DNA from: Octopus bimaculoides
Lineage: Eukaryota
Direction of reading: 5' to 3'
DNA length: 64,000 nt
Assembly (NCBI RefSeq): GCF_001194135.2
Contig: NC_068981.1
Location: forward strand, 144,780,236 to 144,844,235
Made by a program: the position numbers and the translations under genes. Under the pieces are notes generated by a model that was given only the letters and a program-made list of their open reading frames with translations, was not told the DNA's origin and made no database searches. This document shows positions 24,338-36,015 of this stretch, in pieces; position 1 is the stretch's first letter, and each line of letters begins with the position of its first letter.

Positions 24338-25113
24338 AACATAGCATGAATGTGTGTAACGTGTGTGTTTGTGGAGGGGAGGCGTCCCAACTGTGTATTT
24401 ATGCGCATGCCTGATGTCACTTTTTTTTTTTGATAACTATTATAAAGGTGTTTTGTGAAGTGAAATTATTAGTTTTGATTTTATTGATCATGCTTACAGG
24501 ACATCCTGTGTTTTGTCCTATATACACCGGTCTTATTTAGGTTTTGCTCTATAGACCAGTTCTTCTCCTGAATGAATTACTGTTAATTTCATTTTTGATT
24601 ATTTTATATGAAGTGATATGTTAATTATTTGATATGAAGTGATATGTAAAAGAAAAAATGGCTACGAATATAAAAGCATCAAATTTTGGCACAAGTAATT
24701 TGGAATGTAAAGCTTAGTCGATTACATCGACACAGCTGCTCAGTGTCATCAAATATAAAGGTCACTATTATAACACTGATGCGACCGATGCAATGCTTGA
24801 ACAATTATAGGTCAAATGCTTGCAGGAATAAAAGAAACATTAATTGCAAAAGATAAAAAATTTTCTCTGAATGGTTGTCACAACGAGCTCTTCAGTAAAA
24901 GTACGAAGAGACCAGATGGTGGAGTTAAATGGGATGGCGTGTTAGGTGTACCACTCGATGTTATATTTAACAAGCACAGCTAAAGACAAACATTTTGCAG
25001 TAATTTAAAATATATGTTGAACGTAATTAAACTGAATAATAATTCGATTTTAAGTGGAATGTATTGTTAAGCCAAAATTTGATAGACACAAATACCTCAC
25101 ACTAAACCACAAT

Positions 25114-25163
<50 letters not shown>

Positions 25164-25280
25164 AACACACACATATGCATACATGTACATACATTTACAC
25201 GTAAATATATACAAACACACATGTGAGCTACTAATATTTCCATACACCGAAGATTATTTAAGCAGATTTTAAATCACACC

Positions 25281-25327
25281 TAGTGTCTTCAAGTAATCTT
25301 CAGTGTGAAGATTACTTGAAGACACTA
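25281..25327. repeat. Perfect 22-bp hairpin with a 3-nt loop
   Basis: tagtgtcttcaagtaatcttca-gtg-tgaagattacttgaagacacta. Confidence 0.97.
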
Positions 25328-25824
25328 TGAAAAGTCTCCTAATACAAGCCCGAATACGATCAACAACAACACTGAAGCCGTCAGTAAAAAAAAATGCAGA
25401 AGACCCAACTGTGGGATATGCGTCAATTTAATTGAGGGATCAGAGCTCTCTTTCAAACAGGGACAACGTTTCACAGTGAAAAGCAGCTTCACATGTGCTT
25501 CGGAGAAACCGATATATGCACTAACTTGCTCTGGGTGTCAAGAGCACTACATAGGCCAAAAAAAAAAACAGTCTACGTAAAAGGATGATTCTGCACAGAT
25601 CTCAAACCAACATTTCTCAAAACAGAAAAAAAGCATTCAGCCAACACATCAACATTTGCGCCAATAACAAAAATCCAAGCTTCAGAATTTTTCCCCTCTA
25701 CCAATTCAGGGACGATACAACCTGTAGCCAACGAATTAGTAAATGGACTCTCTTTATTACAAAATACAGACCCCTTTTCAACGCATCTACAACAAACGAC
25801 ATACCCTCCACAGCCTTAGCATAA
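25327..25824 (+). mobile_element. Penelope-like retroelement 3' fragment: Cys linker and GIY-YIG endonuclease (frameshifted)
   Basis: Translates across homopolymer frameshifts as KSLLIQARI..CRRPNCGICVNL..FTVKSSFTCASEKPIYALTCSGCQEHYIGQ..SLRKRMILHRS..FSQHINICA..FRIFPLY..LFITKYRPLFN. IY-x8-YIGQ, the conserved Arg and the CxxC motifs match PLE endonucleases. Confidence 0.9.
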
Positions 25825-25849
25825 CACAAACACACACGCAAATATTAAA

Positions 25850-26220
25850 AATGATACACTCAAGAGATTCCCAAGAATTTATTAAAAAACATTCCCAATC
25901 ACTACTATAATCCATAACGAGCCACTTTTTGGTCACTTGACCATTTAACATCTTACTACTATCATACCACATACATTCCTATTTTATTCTCCCGTCTCTT
26001 TCTCATTCTTCTTCGTCTTCTTCCTCTTCGCCACCTCCTTCCTAACTTTCCACTATTGCTGTTTCTAATAACACCTACGCAAATTTTATAATCAATACAT
26101 TCAAAAGAGATGTCTCAAGAATTCAATTACTGCTACCATCCACAATAAGTCACTTTCACGGTACTTGACCATTTAACATCCTACTACTATCATGGCACTC
26201 CCACATTCTTCTTCTCCTCC
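25850..26220 (+). repeat. ~240-bp-period imperfect direct repeat downstream of the PLE endonuclease
   Basis: acttgaccatttaacatc(t/c)tactactatcat and flanks occur at ~25935 and ~26163. Confidence 0.75.
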
Positions 26221-26249
26221 TCCTTTTCTTCTTCTTCTTCTTCTTTCGG

Positions 26250-26370
26250 TCTAATAAATCCACTCACAAGGCTTTGATCGGCCCGAAGCTACAGTAGAAG
26301 GTGCCACATAGTGGGACTGAACCCGAAGCCATGTGGTTGGGAAGCATCTTGTTACCATATAGTCAGGCCT
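26250..26370 (-). mobile_element. SINE family A, 5' half
   Basis: gtgccacatagtgggactgaacccgaagccatgtggttgggaagc. Confidence 0.8.
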
Positions 26371-26754
26371 ATATGCGTAAAGATATATATATNNNNNNNN
26401 NNNNNNNNNNNNNNNNNNNNNNNNNNNNNNNNNNNNNNNNNNNNNNNNNNNNNNNNNNNNNNNNNNNNNNNNNNNNNNNNNNNNNNNNNNNNNNNNNNNN
26501 NNNNNNNNNNNNNNNNNNNNNNNNNNNNNNNNNNNNNNNNNNNNNNNNNNNNNNNNNNNNNNNNNNNNNNNNNNNNNNNNNNNNNNNNNNNNNNNNNNNN
26601 NNNNNNNNNNNNNNNNNNNNNNNNNNNNNNNNNNNNNNNNNNNNNNNNNNNNNNNNNNNNNNNNNNNNNNNNNNNNNNNNNNNNNNNNNNNNNNNNNNNN
26701 AACGAACCTGAAAGCATGTAGATACTGTCAGCTCGCTGCCTTAATATTCTTTTC

Positions 26755-26960
26755 TACTCTAGGCACAAGACTCGAAATTTTGGTGGGAAGGGACCAGTCG
26801 ATTAGATCGATCCCAGTACGCAAATTGTACTTAATTTATCGATCCCAAAAGGATGAAATGCAAAGTCGACCACTGCAGAATTTGAACTCAGAACGTAGCG
26901 ACGGGCGAAATACCGTGCATTCCGTTCAGCGTGTTAATGATTCTGCCGGCTCGCTGCCTT
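26755..26960 (-). mobile_element. SINE family B
   Basis: ctactctaggcacaag ... aaaggatgaaatgcaaagtcgac ... gccggctcgctgcctt. Confidence 0.85.
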
Positions 26961-28326
26961 CTATGTGTAGGATTTTAAAAGCATCATTCACCCAACTTTA
27001 TGATGAATTCATGAATTATTGGCTAAGATTTTAATGTAAATGATGATGCTAATTGGAATATCTCCAAGAATTTATCATTCGCTCATATAGTTGAAGTTAA
27101 GTTTGCTCTTAATCGATGTGTAAATCGAACATTAGTAGAATAACCTACTCTAATAGAGCTCATTTTGGGTTGAAATGTTTATGGAATAAGTATACATAAA
27201 TATACCAACTAAAAGATAAGTCAAATAGTTGATAAACATTAAAAACAACTTAAAAAGAAAATCATTAATTATTATACAAAGACGATTTGCATTAAAAAAA
27301 TAACGTTCAGTTTTTCTGTTATGTTCTTAAGGAAATAATTAAATGGTTAAAACAAAATTAGTTATTGAGCTAATGATGTCTTTTCTCCGGAGAATAATGA
27401 TCACTAATTTGATATCTAGAGTTGACTTCATTGAATTAGTTAAGAATAATTTAACTAGTTTTTCTTCATGCAAATGACGATGTTTCTAAACGATTTAACT
27501 TCACTATTTTTATAATAATTTTTTGTTATTATTTCTTATACTTTACATTTATTGAACAATTATCTCATCACCAATTTGAAGAGTAGAGTGACGTCTATCG
27601 CTCGCAAAGGACGTCTACTTAGACGGACATTTGCAAGAAATTGTCTTCCGCAGTTGTTCACACAATGAAAATATTATTACTCATTGAAGTAATGTTGTCT
27701 AATTATCAAGGTTTAGATATTTCTAATTTGATTTTAATGGTCACAACCTTAACTTGTAAGAGTAACTAAATTATTCAGTTCGTATATACTTTGACACATA
27801 TGAATTTAAGGATCTGTGAAATGTAATGATGCTGCTCACCATGCGATAGATACGTTGCTGTTGTTCATTTGCTGTCTGAAAGACATGATTATTACCAGAG
27901 TTAGAAATTGGAATCCGTTAGTGAGTGACTTTTGCCGTTTTGGTAATTCATTAGTGGAGATCTATAACATCATAAGTAAGAATAAAACTCGTCGAATAAT
28001 CAATGAAACGAAAGTAATATTTTGATGTTTACCAAGGAAATTATTCGTTGAATTTAATACACTTTTGCACTCTGGTTAGACTCATGTGTTAGATGTCAGT
28101 AAGTAATATCGATTTTAATGCCGCACTGCTCTCATTGTTTGAGACCCATGACTATTACACGGAAAATTAGTACGTTGATTTGAAAGAATTGTTAAAGCAC
28201 ATCAGTCGTGGGTTAGTGGAATGGCTAAGCGGATAGGATGATGGTTTGGCAATATCTTTAGATCTCTGGACTAAATAGCCTGTGACAAATTTTCCCACAG
28301 ATTTCCTGACTGTTTACGTGCTGAGT

Positions 28327-28714
28327 GTGGAGGCGCAATGGCCCAGTGGTTAGGGCAGCGGACTCGCGGTCATAGGATCGTGGTTTCGATTCCCAGACCG
28401 AGCGTTGTAAGTGTTTATTGAGTGAAAACACCTGAAACTCCACGAGGCTCCGGCAGGGGATGGTGGCGAACCCTGCTGTACTCTTTCACCACAACTTTCT
28501 CTCATTCTTACTTCCTGTTTCTGTTGTACCTGTATTTCAAAGGGCCAGCCTTGTCACACTGTGTCACGCTGAATATCCCCGAGAACTACGTTAAGGGTGC
28601 ACGTGTCTGTGAAGTGTTCAGCCACTTGCACGTTAATTTCACGAGCAGGCTGTTCCGTTGATCGGATCAAATGGAATCCTCGACGTCGTAAGCGACGGAG
28701 TGCCAACAACAACA
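28327..28714 (+). mobile_element. SINE family C, full length, (CAA)n tail, 11-bp target-site duplication
   Basis: tRNA-like head ggcgcaatggcccagtggttagggcagcggactcgc...ggtttcgattcc; acgtgctgagt at 28316-28326 and 28715-28725. Confidence 0.95.
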
Positions 28715-29099
28715 ACGTGCTGAGTTTAAATACTGCTAAGATGAATTCTGACTTTCATTCTTCCATTATGGATAAAGCATCTATCAATTACTGGAATCAT
28801 TATGATCATTTGTTTCCCTTCCTTCGAAATTTGAAACCTTGTGCCTGTTTAAGAAAACAATATACATTAAACTACCCAAAATAAAAATTGAAGCAGTATA
28901 TAGCGTGTAGGTGTAAATTTTAGCATTAGCTTCAATGTGTTGTTTACTTACAACGAATTGTATATATAATAGCTATAAGTACCTGAAAATTACACCTCTC
29001 TTATATCATAACTCCTCCGCACCACGGAATTTTAAAACATTAGCGCACACATTGTAATGTAGTTCTTAATACAGTATATCTGATGAAAAATTATGGGAT

Positions 29100-29420
29100 T
29101 GCATAACTGAAATGTCTTTGATCATAGTTTTGCTCGGTTGGGTCTAACTTTACGTTAAACAGCAATTCCAACGACAATTTGATGATAATGCTGTGTTTAT
29201 ATCTATGCACTATATAAACATTCGTGCTCTCTCTCAATCTTCTTGGAACTAGCAGCCAAATTCCTTTCAAACAATACCCACCTTGCCATCTTAGGAAAAG
29301 AAGCGGAAGGAAGGAGACACGAGATAATACAGTCATAGATACATTTCTTCTGAAAATAAGACGGAATTGTCATGGCTGGAAAGCTTTGATCATAAGTCTG
29401 CTTGATCAAACAACAACAAC
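29100..29420 (+). mobile_element. Dispersed repeat family E (tagcagccaaat...catggctggaa(t)gc(c)tttgatcatag)
   Basis: Related copies at ~35745-36015 and ~44740-44975; reverse copy at ~58020-58140. Confidence 0.65.
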
Positions 29421-29788
29421 ATTCTTATGTTTATCTTTTTATTTTCTGCTTCGGGAACTTAAGGTGTAAATATTTGAACTGCATCCACAAACGTAAATAT
29501 CCTCGTAAAGATCCAATAGATAGTTACACTCTTTCGCAGCAAGTAACTTGCATATGTTCTTGACGAAATAGGTGGGGGTGTAGTGTTAAACCAACAGCCC
29601 AGCTGCGTTTACTTGTATGAATGTGTATGTGTGTGTATTTTTGTATCAGTGAATGTGTGTGAGTGTGTATGTGTATTTGTATATCAGTTAATGTTTGTGT
29701 TTGTAAGTGTACCAGTGAGTGTGTGCATGTATTTATTTTATCAGTGTTTGTGTATTTGTTTCTCAGTGTGTGTGTGTATTTGTCTCTT

Positions 29789-29827
<39 letters not shown>

Positions 29828-30236
29828 ATTTGTGTGTCAGTGAGGTGTGTGTTCGTGTATCAGCGCATGTGTGTATATTTGCGTATCAGTGAGTCAGTGT
29901 GTATTCGTGTTTGTGTGTGAGTGGTGCGCGCGTTTGTATGCGTGCATGTCTATGCGTGTGTGTGTATGTGTGTGAGTGTGTGTATGTGCATATGTGGGTG
30001 GGTGGGTGTCTGTTTGTGTGAACCAATCATCATGTATTATACGCTAACTTTAGCAAATATTGAATCACTTCATCTATGTATGTATGTATATCTATCTATT
30101 TATCGATCGATCGATGTATGTCTATTTATCTAGCGATCTACCACTATATCTTGATCGCAGCCTCTGTTTCTCCTCACTTTTTCATTCCTTTCCATCTCTC
30201 TCACACACACATACCCGCGAGCACACATACACTCAG

Positions 30237-30267
<31 letters not shown>

Positions 30268-30635
30268 CTATTTCTCTCCATACATACATGGACATACGCA
30301 CACACAAATATACAATCACACACATAAACACAATCACAGACACACGTATATAATGTGTAGCAAGAAAGAGGGCTAGAAAGAGGCGTAAACCACGTGATTG
30401 TATTGTCAGAGTCGATGAAGGAAAATTGCTTGCTCAGGCATTTTGCGTTCTCAATTCAAATCCTGCCACGCTCAATTTTAGCATTTAACATCCCACGGTC
30501 GATAAAGTAAAGTACCATTCAACAACTGAAGCTGCTTCCTTTGCTTTATTACCCTTTCCCAGCGGAAATGTGTAGGTACCGAGGCATAGTATGGCACATA
30601 ATGATGAAATGTAGAGATCGGGAATGTGTGTGTGT

Positions 30636-30673
<38 letters not shown>

Positions 30674-31194
30674 NNNNNNNNNNNNNNNNNNNNNNNNNNN
30701 NNNNNNNNNNNNNNNNNNNNNNNNNNNNNNNNNNNNNNNNNNNNNNNNNNNNNNNNNNNNNNNNNNNNNNNNNNNNNNNNNNNNNNNNNNNNNNNNNNNN
30801 NNNNNNNNNNNNNNNNNNNNNNNNNNNNNNNNNNNNNNNNNNNNNNNNNNNNNNNNNNNNNNNNNNNNNNNNNNNNNNNNNNNNNNNNNNNNNNNNNNNN
30901 NNNNNNNNNNNNNNNNNNNNNNNNNNNNNNNNNNNNNNNNNNNNNNNNNNNNNNNNNNNNNNNNNNNNNNNNNNNNNNNNNNNNNNNNNNNNNNNNNNNN
31001 NNNNNNNNNNNNNNNNNNNNNNNNNNNNNNNNNNNNNNNNNNNNNNNNNNNNNNNNNNNNNNNNNNNNNNNNNNNNNNNNNNNNNNNNNNNNNNNNNNNN
31101 NNNNNNNNNNNNNNNNNNNNNNNNNNNNNNNNNNNNNNNNNNNNNNNNNNNNNNNNNNNNNNNNNNNNNNNNNNNNNNNNNNNNNNNNNNNNNN

Positions 31195-31233
<39 letters not shown>

Positions 31234-31564
31234 GCATATATATATAAATATATATATATATACATGTATATATGTGTGTATATATATGTGTGGGTGTGTG
31301 TGTATGTATCTATATGTATGTGTATACACACAGATTGGTAGGTAGATAAATAGATAAATAGGTAATTAATTATGCATACATACACGTGTATGTGTGTGAG
31401 TATTCGTATCCGTATCAAAACATGTATATGTGGGTATGCATTCATGTATATATCTATGCATGCATACACGTCCTTTCTCTCTTTTCTTATCCACGCATAC
31501 ACATGCATGCATACACACATATTTTTTATGTATTCTCATATATGTATATATGAATGTATGCATA

Positions 31565-31675
<111 letters not shown>

Positions 31676-31989
31676 CTGTGTGTGTGTGCCTGCATGTATG
31701 TGTATTAATCTTTGTACTATACAGTATTATATACCCATTTCAGTAGATTTTTGCCAATTGGTTTGGTGAAACCGCTTAATAAAATCGGTCGAAAATGCTC
31801 TATAAGCCTATGTAGTATAAATATTAATATCTCCGTTCTCGTGACCAACATATGATGGCATGTTTTTATGTCTTCCGAGACGACTGTACATACATACATA
31901 CATACATACATACATACATACATACATACATACATACATGCATACATGCATACATACATGTGTGGGGGGGGTGACTACAAACGTACCTA

Positions 31990-32160
31990 CATGTGGACTG
32001 TATTTTTCTTCCGTCTTCCTTTTCTCTTGGATTTTCCTCTGTTTACTGTCTTTTCTACAAAAGAGCTTTGCTCGAAACGTAAAACACCCTTTCTTTCCTT
32101 TCCTGAGCGTTGTTGCTTTTTCTTGTTGTGATTTTTTTCTTCTGTTTATGGGATTAATTA
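31990..32160 (+). mobile_element. pLTR-like repeat with a degenerate hammerhead-like motif
   Basis: Pyrimidine tract, then TTT CTACAAA A GAGC-TTT-GCTC GAAAC GTA AAA (32052-32084); same layout as 45811-45843. Confidence 0.5.
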
Positions 32161-32171
32161 TATACACACAC

Positions 32172-32529
32172 GTGGAGGCGCAATGGCCCAGTGGTTAGGG
32201 CAGCGGACTCGCGGTTTCGATTCCCAGATTGGGCATTGTGAGTGTTTATTGAGCGAAAACACCTAACGCTCCACGAGGCTCCGGCAGGAGATGGTGGCGA
32301 ACCCTGCTGTACTCTTTCACCACAACTTTCTCTCATTCTTACTTCCTGTTTCTGGTGTGCCTGTAATTCAAAGGGTCAGCCTTGTTACACTGTGTCACGC
32401 TGAATATCCCCGAGAACTACGTTAAGGGTACACGTGTCTGTGGGATGCTCAGCCACTTTCACGTTAATTTCAGGTGCAGGCTGTTCCGTTCATCAGATCA
32501 ACTGGAACCCTCGACGGAGTGCCAACAAC
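32172..32529 (+). mobile_element. SINE family C with two short deletions
   Basis: Highly similar to 28327-28714 throughout. Confidence 0.95.
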
Positions 32530-32564
32530 ATACGCAAAAACACGCACACACACACACACACACA

Positions 32565-32781
32565 CGAAGGGGTGCTGAAAAGTTCCGGGCTTTGGGTGGG
32601 AGAAAATACAGGAGGGTCACTTAATTATGATTTTATTGAACATATTTCTCTCTCAGACTCACACACTTATTGCAGCGGTTTTTCAGTTTTTCTCAATCCT
32701 GTAAAAGAACTTGTAATGTTGGGTCTCCTACCGAGCCATTTGCGATTCTCTTAAAGCCAGGAACTTTTCAGCAGCCCCTTG
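32565..32781 (-). mobile_element. mariner-derived MITE (~217 bp) with ~29-bp TIRs
   Basis: cgaaggggtgctgaaaagttccgggcttt at the left end; aaagccaggaacttttcagcagccccttg at the right end. The minus strand retains the transposase C-terminus EKLKNRCNKCVSLREKYVQ*. Confidence 0.9.
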
Positions 32782-32789
32782 TTTATGTA

Positions 32790-32935
32790 AATATCAAATC
32801 TACTTACAAGGCTTTGGTTGACACGAAGTTTTAGAAGAAGGCGTAGAAGACACTTGACCAAGATGCCACGCATTGGGACTGAACCCGGGACCATGTGACT
32901 GGAAATCAAGCTTCTAACAGTACAGCCACGCTTAC
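32790..32935 (-). mobile_element. SINE family A, 5' half
   Basis: gacacttgaccaagatgccacgcattgggactgaacccgggaccatgtg. Confidence 0.8.
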
Positions 32936-34174
32936 GTCTGTGTGTGTGTGTATGTTTGTTTATGTGTGTTGTTTGTGTTAAGATCCCATGAAAACGAATC
33001 TTAGTCAATGATCAGCTGATAATTTTAAACATACTTTAAAATAATAGCCGTAGCTTGATATACACGATACAAATATCAAAGGTGCTCTTCCAGTCTTTAA
33101 GCCGGTGTGCTTTAAACTTAACTTAATTTAGCTGACATTTCTAGCAGGCTGGAGGGTGGCATAAATGGTTTTTCTGTTGTGCTATCACAGATATGTAATC
33201 AAAGTGTGAATGAATTATCGGGGCGGGTTTAAGATTATTATCAGATAACGATAAATTACTAATAAATTCAACGCTGCATTCCTTAGAAAAGTGATTCACA
33301 GATTAGCTAATTTGTTTAATGAAACATTATCTTTCAGTTATCAATGTCGAATAATATGTTTAATTCTATATTTCCTGTATTTATTTAACTTCGTTATTAT
33401 AAAATGATTAAATTACAGGTTAATTTAATGAACATAGTGGATGCCTTATTTCAATTTCTTGTATTTTGTTGTGAGATTGATTGCTGAGTATGTAAAATAT
33501 ATAATAACAATCAAGTTTCTGGTGCGCAAAATCTTTAGCATTCCAAAAATAATGAAGTAACTAACTCAGACATATTACAAAAGAACATTTATCTTTTGGA
33601 ACAATCTACGATTCCAGTGCCAAGTCCATACAGGACGATGCACTAATTTTAATTGTAGAAATATTTAGGCCGACTCCAGGAAATCGCTACTATGAAGTAA
33701 ATTGTTTTCGGGGAAGGTCTATGATAAGATAGAACAGCCAATTACGTCAGAGGAGCTAAAAAAAAAAGTTAAGTGTCAGTGAGAGGAAAGTGAAGGCGCG
33801 CTAAAATTACTTTCAAAGCATGTATCTCTCTTTAAATAGACGAGCTGTGCCAAATCTTCTTGTAATCCGATCAGATAAGTAGTTAACATTTGAGCATTTG
33901 GGAACAGGGCTTCAGGAACTGTACAGCAAAAGACACTGTTTAATTATTATATTATATCATATTATATTATATGCATAATTTTATTTCAGTCAGTAGACTG
34001 CAACTATGCTGGGGCACCGACATAAAGAATTTTAGTCGACTCCAATAATCAACTCCAATACTATATTTTATACGTATGGAAATTTTTCTGTCCGTATTTT
34101 TTAATGAACTGCTAGGCTGAAGGTTGTCAAGCAGTTGTGGGAAACAAATACAGCCACATACGCACACACACACG

Positions 34175-34225
<51 letters not shown>

Positions 34226-34236
34226 TACACACACAC

Positions 34237-34278
<42 letters not shown>

Positions 34279-35744
34279 CATAACACAAATGGGTTAACGT
34301 TCACTACATCTGTTTCAGATGTGTTCTTTGTTGATGATGAAAACAATTACATTATGTAAATTAACCGTTTTCTTCAGGTGAATTGAGAATAAAATTTAAC
34401 ATTTTGTATTTTTCACACAAATAGTATAAAATGTGTTTTGACCCTCTCATGTCGGTTCCAGCTGAGAAAGTGTACAGGTGCGCTTATCTCTAATTCAATT
34501 TAGCAGAAAAGTTAACAGAATAATTTAGTCTTTTTTTTTCTTGAATCTGATATCTCAAGACCAGACATTACGAAGTATTGTCTCCCGCCAATACCATTAT
34601 TATTTAAGATATATCGAACACAGAACTTGGACAATGCCTTTCAGAATTAATGAATAACCAATCAAAACCAATAAATATCATTCATAGAAGTATTATATCA
34701 ATCTTATATTATAGACTTCAGCAGACAGAAGGTAATGAACCGGTGAATGAGTTTTCTGAAACATTTCTTCGGATACATTATTCAGAACAAAATGATATTT
34801 AGTTCCGTCTTTAATAAACTATGTTCTTTATTACTGCGATATGTTCTTGATGCGGTTTTCATTGACCATCCCTAATCCTTATCTCAATAAAATGAGAATA
34901 AATTGTCTGATCACAATTGATAATAGATCTACTGGCTAGTTACTTTACCCGTGGGATTTAAAAAGAAATTATGTGTCAAGTGAGGTAAAATAATTTTCAT
35001 GAATTCACAGCCCCGGTAATATGTGATAAACTTATGGTTTATAGCATATTTCAGTAATTTATTAGATTGATAAATGTAACGAATCAATAACTACGGTACA
35101 ATATACTTTATTAGGCCTTCACAAAAAATATTTCTTTCAAAGCCTGACATTGCTCGGAGACATTCATTTTTGTAACAATGGCTTCGAGACATTCTCGTAT
35201 TTTAAGAAGTATCATATAACAGTTTTGGTGTCAGTTAATCAAAGAGACTCATTCAAAAGAGACAAATTGCATATTTTGTGTGTTTGGAAAATAAGACATC
35301 AACTTCCCCTTTTTTTAAGCGATGATGATAAAAATCAGTAATGTAATTACTGCTGTAACAAACACAAATAAATTGCATTTCATTTCAATGGCTGCAGGGA
35401 TGTTTATATTTAAATACAGAAAATTGATAGAATTTTTACAACTGTGACAGTGTTGTTTTTCGTTTTTCGGATTTTTATTTTTGTTTCTTTAGCAACCTTT
35501 CGTATACTTGTAAGAATTCTTATTTAAAATGAATATTATATTTTGTTTTAAAATTAATGTAGTTGGAGGGTGGCTGAAGTAATAGTATCGATTTTTAAAT
35601 TTATTTTATTAACCCAGTAGCAATGTAAAGCAGGTAAACGCCGAACTCATCCGAAGCTGATATATTACTGCTACTTATTTTATTAACCTCAAAGCTAATG
35701 AATGTAAATTAGATCTTGAAAATTTGAAATCAGAATAGTGAATT

Positions 35745-36015
35745 ACCGAAAGTTACATCGCATATAACATTCTTCCTTGTCCATATGCTCTGAGTGTCGA
35801 ACCAACAAAGGAGCTTTAATGTGGGATCCCGACCTGATAGAAATAAGTCAGTTTTTTCACATACCACAACGGTTAAAGAAATGAAGAACACATTGCATAT
35901 ATGTGGTCCTAGATACATAATGGCTGAAAAACGTCGTGATGGCCATAGCTGGAATGCCTTTCATTATATGTCTACTCAACCAGGACTGACTTGATTGAAT
36001 AGACCATTAATAACA
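35745..36015 (+). mobile_element. Dispersed repeat family E
   Basis: gtcctagatac...gatggccatagctggaatgccttt, followed by an (AAC/AAT)-like tail. Confidence 0.6.

Noticed and set aside
28327-28400. tRNA-like sequences (also ~4926, ~22570-22640 and 32172)
   Set aside because: They lack a proper acceptor stem and continue into SINE bodies and tails, so they are SINE heads rather than tRNA genes.
33000-33900. Repeat-poor stretch dense in TAAT/GATA motifs with a CCAAT next to TTACGTCA (~33738), possible enhancer
   Set aside because: Such short motifs are expected by chance in AT-rich DNA; it cannot be supported without conservation or chromatin data.
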